Below are positions 61,586 through 64,000 of a stretch of DNA of 64,000 nt, in pieces. A program made the translations under genes and the position numbers. The notes beneath the pieces were generated by a model. The model had not been told where the DNA came from. It saw only the letters and a program-made list of their open reading frames with translations, and did not search any database. The stretch spans positions 173,498 through 237,497 of the forward strand of contig WREW01000001.1 of assembly GCA_009779135.1 (NCBI GenBank), given 5' to 3'. Origin of the DNA: Alphaproteobacteria bacterium. Lineage in GTDB: Bacteria; Pseudomonadota; Alphaproteobacteria; UBA9219. Each line of letters starts with the position of its first letter. Within the stretch, counting starts at the first letter, position 1.

Positions 61586-62818
61586 CTAAAAAGCTGTTTG
61601 TGCTTCACCCGCAAGCATGCGTTCCATGCGGCACAGGAGGGGGGCTTTGCTAAGTTCTGCTTGCGCGTGCGCGCGGCCTTGGGCACCCATTTGGGCGCGC
61701 AAAGCGCCATCTTTGGCGAGAGTTAAAATCGCATCGGCGAAGCTTGCCGCGTTTTCGGGCTCTACGGCAAGGCCGCAGCCTTGAACTGCGTCATAGACTT
61801 GCGTGCCTTGGGCCGCGCCGGCCACGACAGGACGGCCGCTTGCCAGAATGTTGCAAAGCTTGGAAGGCATCACAAGATCCGCCGCGCCGGCTTTTTGCGG
61901 GAGCATATGAATATCAGCTGCAATCATCAGATGAACAAACGCCTCCATCGGCTGGACGGGAAGGAAGGTAAGGTTGGAAAGGCCTTGGGCCTGTTCTTCC
62001 ATCATCGGACGCGCCGCGCCATCGCCGCTGATGATGAAGTGAAGATGAGATTCATTCTGTAAAATCCGCGCGGTTTGTACGAGCGTTTCAAGCCCTTGCT
62101 TGTTCCCGAGATTGCCGGAATACACCACAAGAATCGTGGAAGGATCTTTTTTAAAGCGTTCCGCCCATGAGCCCGGGCCTTTGGCCGGATCAAAGGCTTC
62201 AACATTAGACCAGTTGGGAATCAAAAAAGCGCGGCTCGCCTCAACGCCTTTTTCCAAAAGCTTTTTACGCATATTGGGCGAGATGGTGCTCACGCCCGTA
62301 AAGCGCCGCATGATAAAGCGTTCTATTTTAAGCGCCAGACGATAAAGCCATGGTTTTTTCAAAAGACCCAGCTGGAACGCCGCATCAACTTCAAAGTCCT
62401 GAACATGCAAATAAGTCCGCGCGCCGCCAAGCAGGCCCGCGCATAAAGCTGCCGGGGTGACCATCAAGGTCGGCTCGGTCACCAAAAGCGCATCGGGCCG
62501 CCAGACAAGCCCAAGCCACAGGCAAAGAGGAAAAGAGCTCGCCGCATAACTGGCCAGATGAACAAGCCTTTTAAGGCCAGTCGGCTTGGCGGGCACATAA
62601 AGAGGAACGCGATAAACCGTGCAGCCATCCAGCTTTTCGCGCCGGTAAAGCCAGCTTTTATAGGTTTGCGCAACTTTCCATGCTGGATAGTAAGGAGGCG
62701 CGGCCACAACGCGGACTTCATGCCCTTGCGCGGCAAGCCAAGCGGCCATTTCGCCTTGATATTTGCCGGTGCCCGTTTGCTCGGGGGCATGGTTGGCGCA
62801 AAGAAGGAGTATTTTCAT
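61586..62818 (-). CDS. glycosyltransferase family 4 (WcaI-like, exosortase-locus associated)
   Basis: MKILLLCANHAPEQTGTGKYQGEMAAWLAAQGHEV N-terminus typical of WcaI-type GT4. Divergent from the exosortase gene. Confidence 0.8.
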   Translation of the reverse strand: MKILLLCANHAPEQTGTGKYQGEMAAWLAAQGHEVRVVAAPPYYPAWKVAQTYKSWLYRREKLDGCTVYRVPLYVPAKPTGLKRLVHLASYAASSFPLCLWLGLVWRPDALLVTEPTLMVTPAALCAGLLGGARTYLHVQDFEVDAAFQLGLLKKPWLYRLALKIERFIMRRFTGVSTISPNMRKKLLEKGVEASRAFLIPNWSNVEAFDPAKGPGSWAERFKKDPSTILVVYSGNLGNKQGLETLVQTARILQNESHLHFIISGDGAARPMMEEQAQGLSNLTFLPVQPMEAFVHLMIAADIHMLPQKAGAADLVMPSKLCNILASGRPVVAGAAQGTQVYDAVQGCGLAVEPENAASFADAILTLAKDGALRAQMGAQGRAHAQAELSKAPLLCRMERMLAGEAQTAF

Positions 62819-62917
62819 GGCGGTTTTCTATTTTGTTGCGTGGCCGACAGGGGCGTTGTAGGAATGAAAAAAAAGACCATGAAGGTCAATTATCGTGACA
62901 GGTAGAAGAAAAAGCGA

Positions 62918-64000
62918 ATGAATGCAAGATTTTTTATCGGCACGCCTCTCTTTGCAGGGCTTGTCTTTCTCCTGAGCCTGAGCGTTCTCGCGGCAAGCTT
63001 TCATTGGGCTATCAAGGATCTGATGCACGCTTGGGACAGCAAGGAATATGGACATAGCTATATCCTTCCCTTGCTCGCGCTTTGGATGGCTTTGCATCGC
63101 ATGCGCCAAAAGCCTTTGTCGGCGCAGCCTTCAAAAAGCGGCCTTTTATGCGTGTTTGGCGCTTTCGGACTTTTGATGATGGGCGAGCTTGCGGCGTTCC
63201 GCCAGCTTGCGCATTACGGTTTTTATCTTGGGCTTTTGGGGCTTTGTCTTGCCTTTTTGGGTAGGAAAATCACAAAGCAAGTGGCACCGGCTTGGATTCT
63301 TTTGCTTTTTGCCATCCCGTTTCCTTTGCAGCTGTCCAATGTGATGGCGGTGGAGTTGAAATTGCTGTCCTCGTCTTTGGGCGCTTTTTTCCTTGAGCTT
63401 TTAAATATTCCTGTTTTTCAGGATGGTAATGTTATTGATCTCGGGACGGTTAAACTTCAAGTTGTGGACGCGTGCAGCGGCTTGCGCTATCTTTTTCCTT
63501 TGATGAGCTTCGGATTTCTTGTGGCTTATCTGATAAAGGACAGATTTTACAAGCGCGCCATCGTTTTTCTTTCCACCATTCCGATCGCTATTTTTCTCAA
63601 CGCGCTGCGCATCGCGGTGATCGGCATCACGGCGCAGTGGGGCGCGGAAACCTATCACGATCTTGAAGGCTGGATTGTTTTCAGCCTGTGTCTGGCTGTT
63701 TTGTGGGGGATTGTGTTGATCTTTCTGAAAACAGGAAAAGGCCGTTTTGACTGGGATTTCTTTGCGCTGCCTGCGCCGCCTTACTGGACGAAAGCCCCAA
63801 AGTCTGGCGAGGTCACATGGGGCGTTTTGGGCCTTTGTCTTTTGGGCGCGGCGCTGGCGCATGGTAATCTCTGGCAAACGCATCAAAAAGAGCCGGCCCA
63901 ACATCAGGAGCTTGTGCTTTTCCCGCTGGAGCTTGGCCCTTGGCAGGGCCGTCAGCTGGCTTTGGAAGATAAAGTGCGCAAACAGCTGGATTTAACGGAA
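62918..64000 (+). CDS. exosortase with fused EpsI domain (XrtA-like), 3'-truncated by window end
   Basis: Hand translation from the ATG at 62918 is open to the window end. Exosortase motifs: W...YGHSYILPL, catalytic DACSGLRY, NALRIAVIG. After about 290 aa the EpsI-like region begins (LPLELGPWQGRQL). Not in the ORF track because no stop falls within the window. Confidence 0.75.
   Translation, partial: MNARFFIGTPLFAGLVFLLSLSVLAASFHWAIKDLMHAWDSKEYGHSYILPLLALWMALHRMRQKPLSAQPSKSGLLCVFGAFGLLMMGELAAFRQLAHYGFYLGLLGLCLAFLGRKITKQVAPAWILLLFAIPFPLQLSNVMAVELKLLSSSLGAFFLELLNIPVFQDGNVIDLGTVKLQVVDACSGLRYLFPLMSFGFLVAYLIKDRFYKRAIVFLSTIPIAIFLNALRIAVIGITAQWGAETYHDLEGWIVFSLCLAVLWGIVLIFLKTGKGRFDWDFFALPAPPYWTKAPKSGEVTWGVLGLCLLGAALAHGNLWQTHQKEPAQHQELVLFPLELGPWQGRQLALEDKVRKQLDLTE

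Overview
This is a 64 kb chromosomal segment, most likely from an alphaproteobacterium. The supporting evidence is the GAAC-N7-GAAC LexA box upstream of lexA, the APH-type homoserine kinase ThrB, an RcdA-like DUF1465 gene and the rimM-trmD-rplS and tilS-ftsH gene orders. Coding density is high, overlapping stop/start codons are frequent, and GC content appears moderately high by eye, with several clearly AT-richer islands.

The contents, in order:
- **Efflux ORF (50-4525).** One 1491-aa ORF in which an AcrB-type RND pump continues in frame, without a stop codon, into a NodT/OprM-type outer-membrane factor.
- **Exopolysaccharide locus (4.5-15.2 kb).** Secreted GH5 glycosidase, GT4 glycosyltransferase, outer-membrane beta-barrel, short Wza-like export protein, Wzc/ExoP-type tyrosine autokinase and O-antigen-ligase-like polymerase. 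A REP/MITE-like palindromic repeat sits inside the locus.
- **Peroxiredoxin and class V aminotransferase (15.1-17.6 kb).** These are followed by a diverged tandem duplication that produced two small Cys-rich paralogs and an aminotransferase N-terminal pseudogene.
- **tRNA-Gln to gltX.** RcdA-like gene, a second repeat copy, LexA box plus lexA, two AT-rich hypotheticals, comEC and gltX.
- **Islet at the thrC 3' end (24.2-25.5 kb).** A 1.1 kb AT-rich islet (S51 peptidase E-like gene plus a small ORF) flanked by diverged direct repeats of the thrC 3' end.
- **thrC, thrB and a UPF0210 plus ACT-domain gene pair.**
- **AT-rich island ending at tRNA-Glu (29.8-34.2 kb).** Three paralogous XRE-family HTH proteins that share an uncharacterised C-terminal domain, two small ORFs, and a 241-aa protein I read as a tRNA-dependent cyclodipeptide synthase (CDPS) homolog.
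- **Housekeeping block (34-58 kb).** ribA, 5-formyl-THF cyclo-ligase, an ArsC/LMW-PTP-like protein with catalytic Cys replaced by Ser, YerC plus hisG-like with a C-terminal extension, initiator tRNA-fMet, mltG, tRNA-Leu, phaR plus a phaE-like/phaC class-III-like pair, rimM-trmD-rplS, tilS-ftsH-glmM, coaD, gyrA, and znuBC/znuA with a Zur box.
- **Low-GC region after tRNA-Lys (58.1-61.6 kb).** An AAA+/DUF4143 ATPase, paired operator-like repeats and a three-gene phage-tail-like module.
- **Window end.** A GT4 glycosyltransferase divergent from an exosortase/EpsI-fusion gene that runs off the window.

I found no rRNA, CRISPR array, integrase or transposase.
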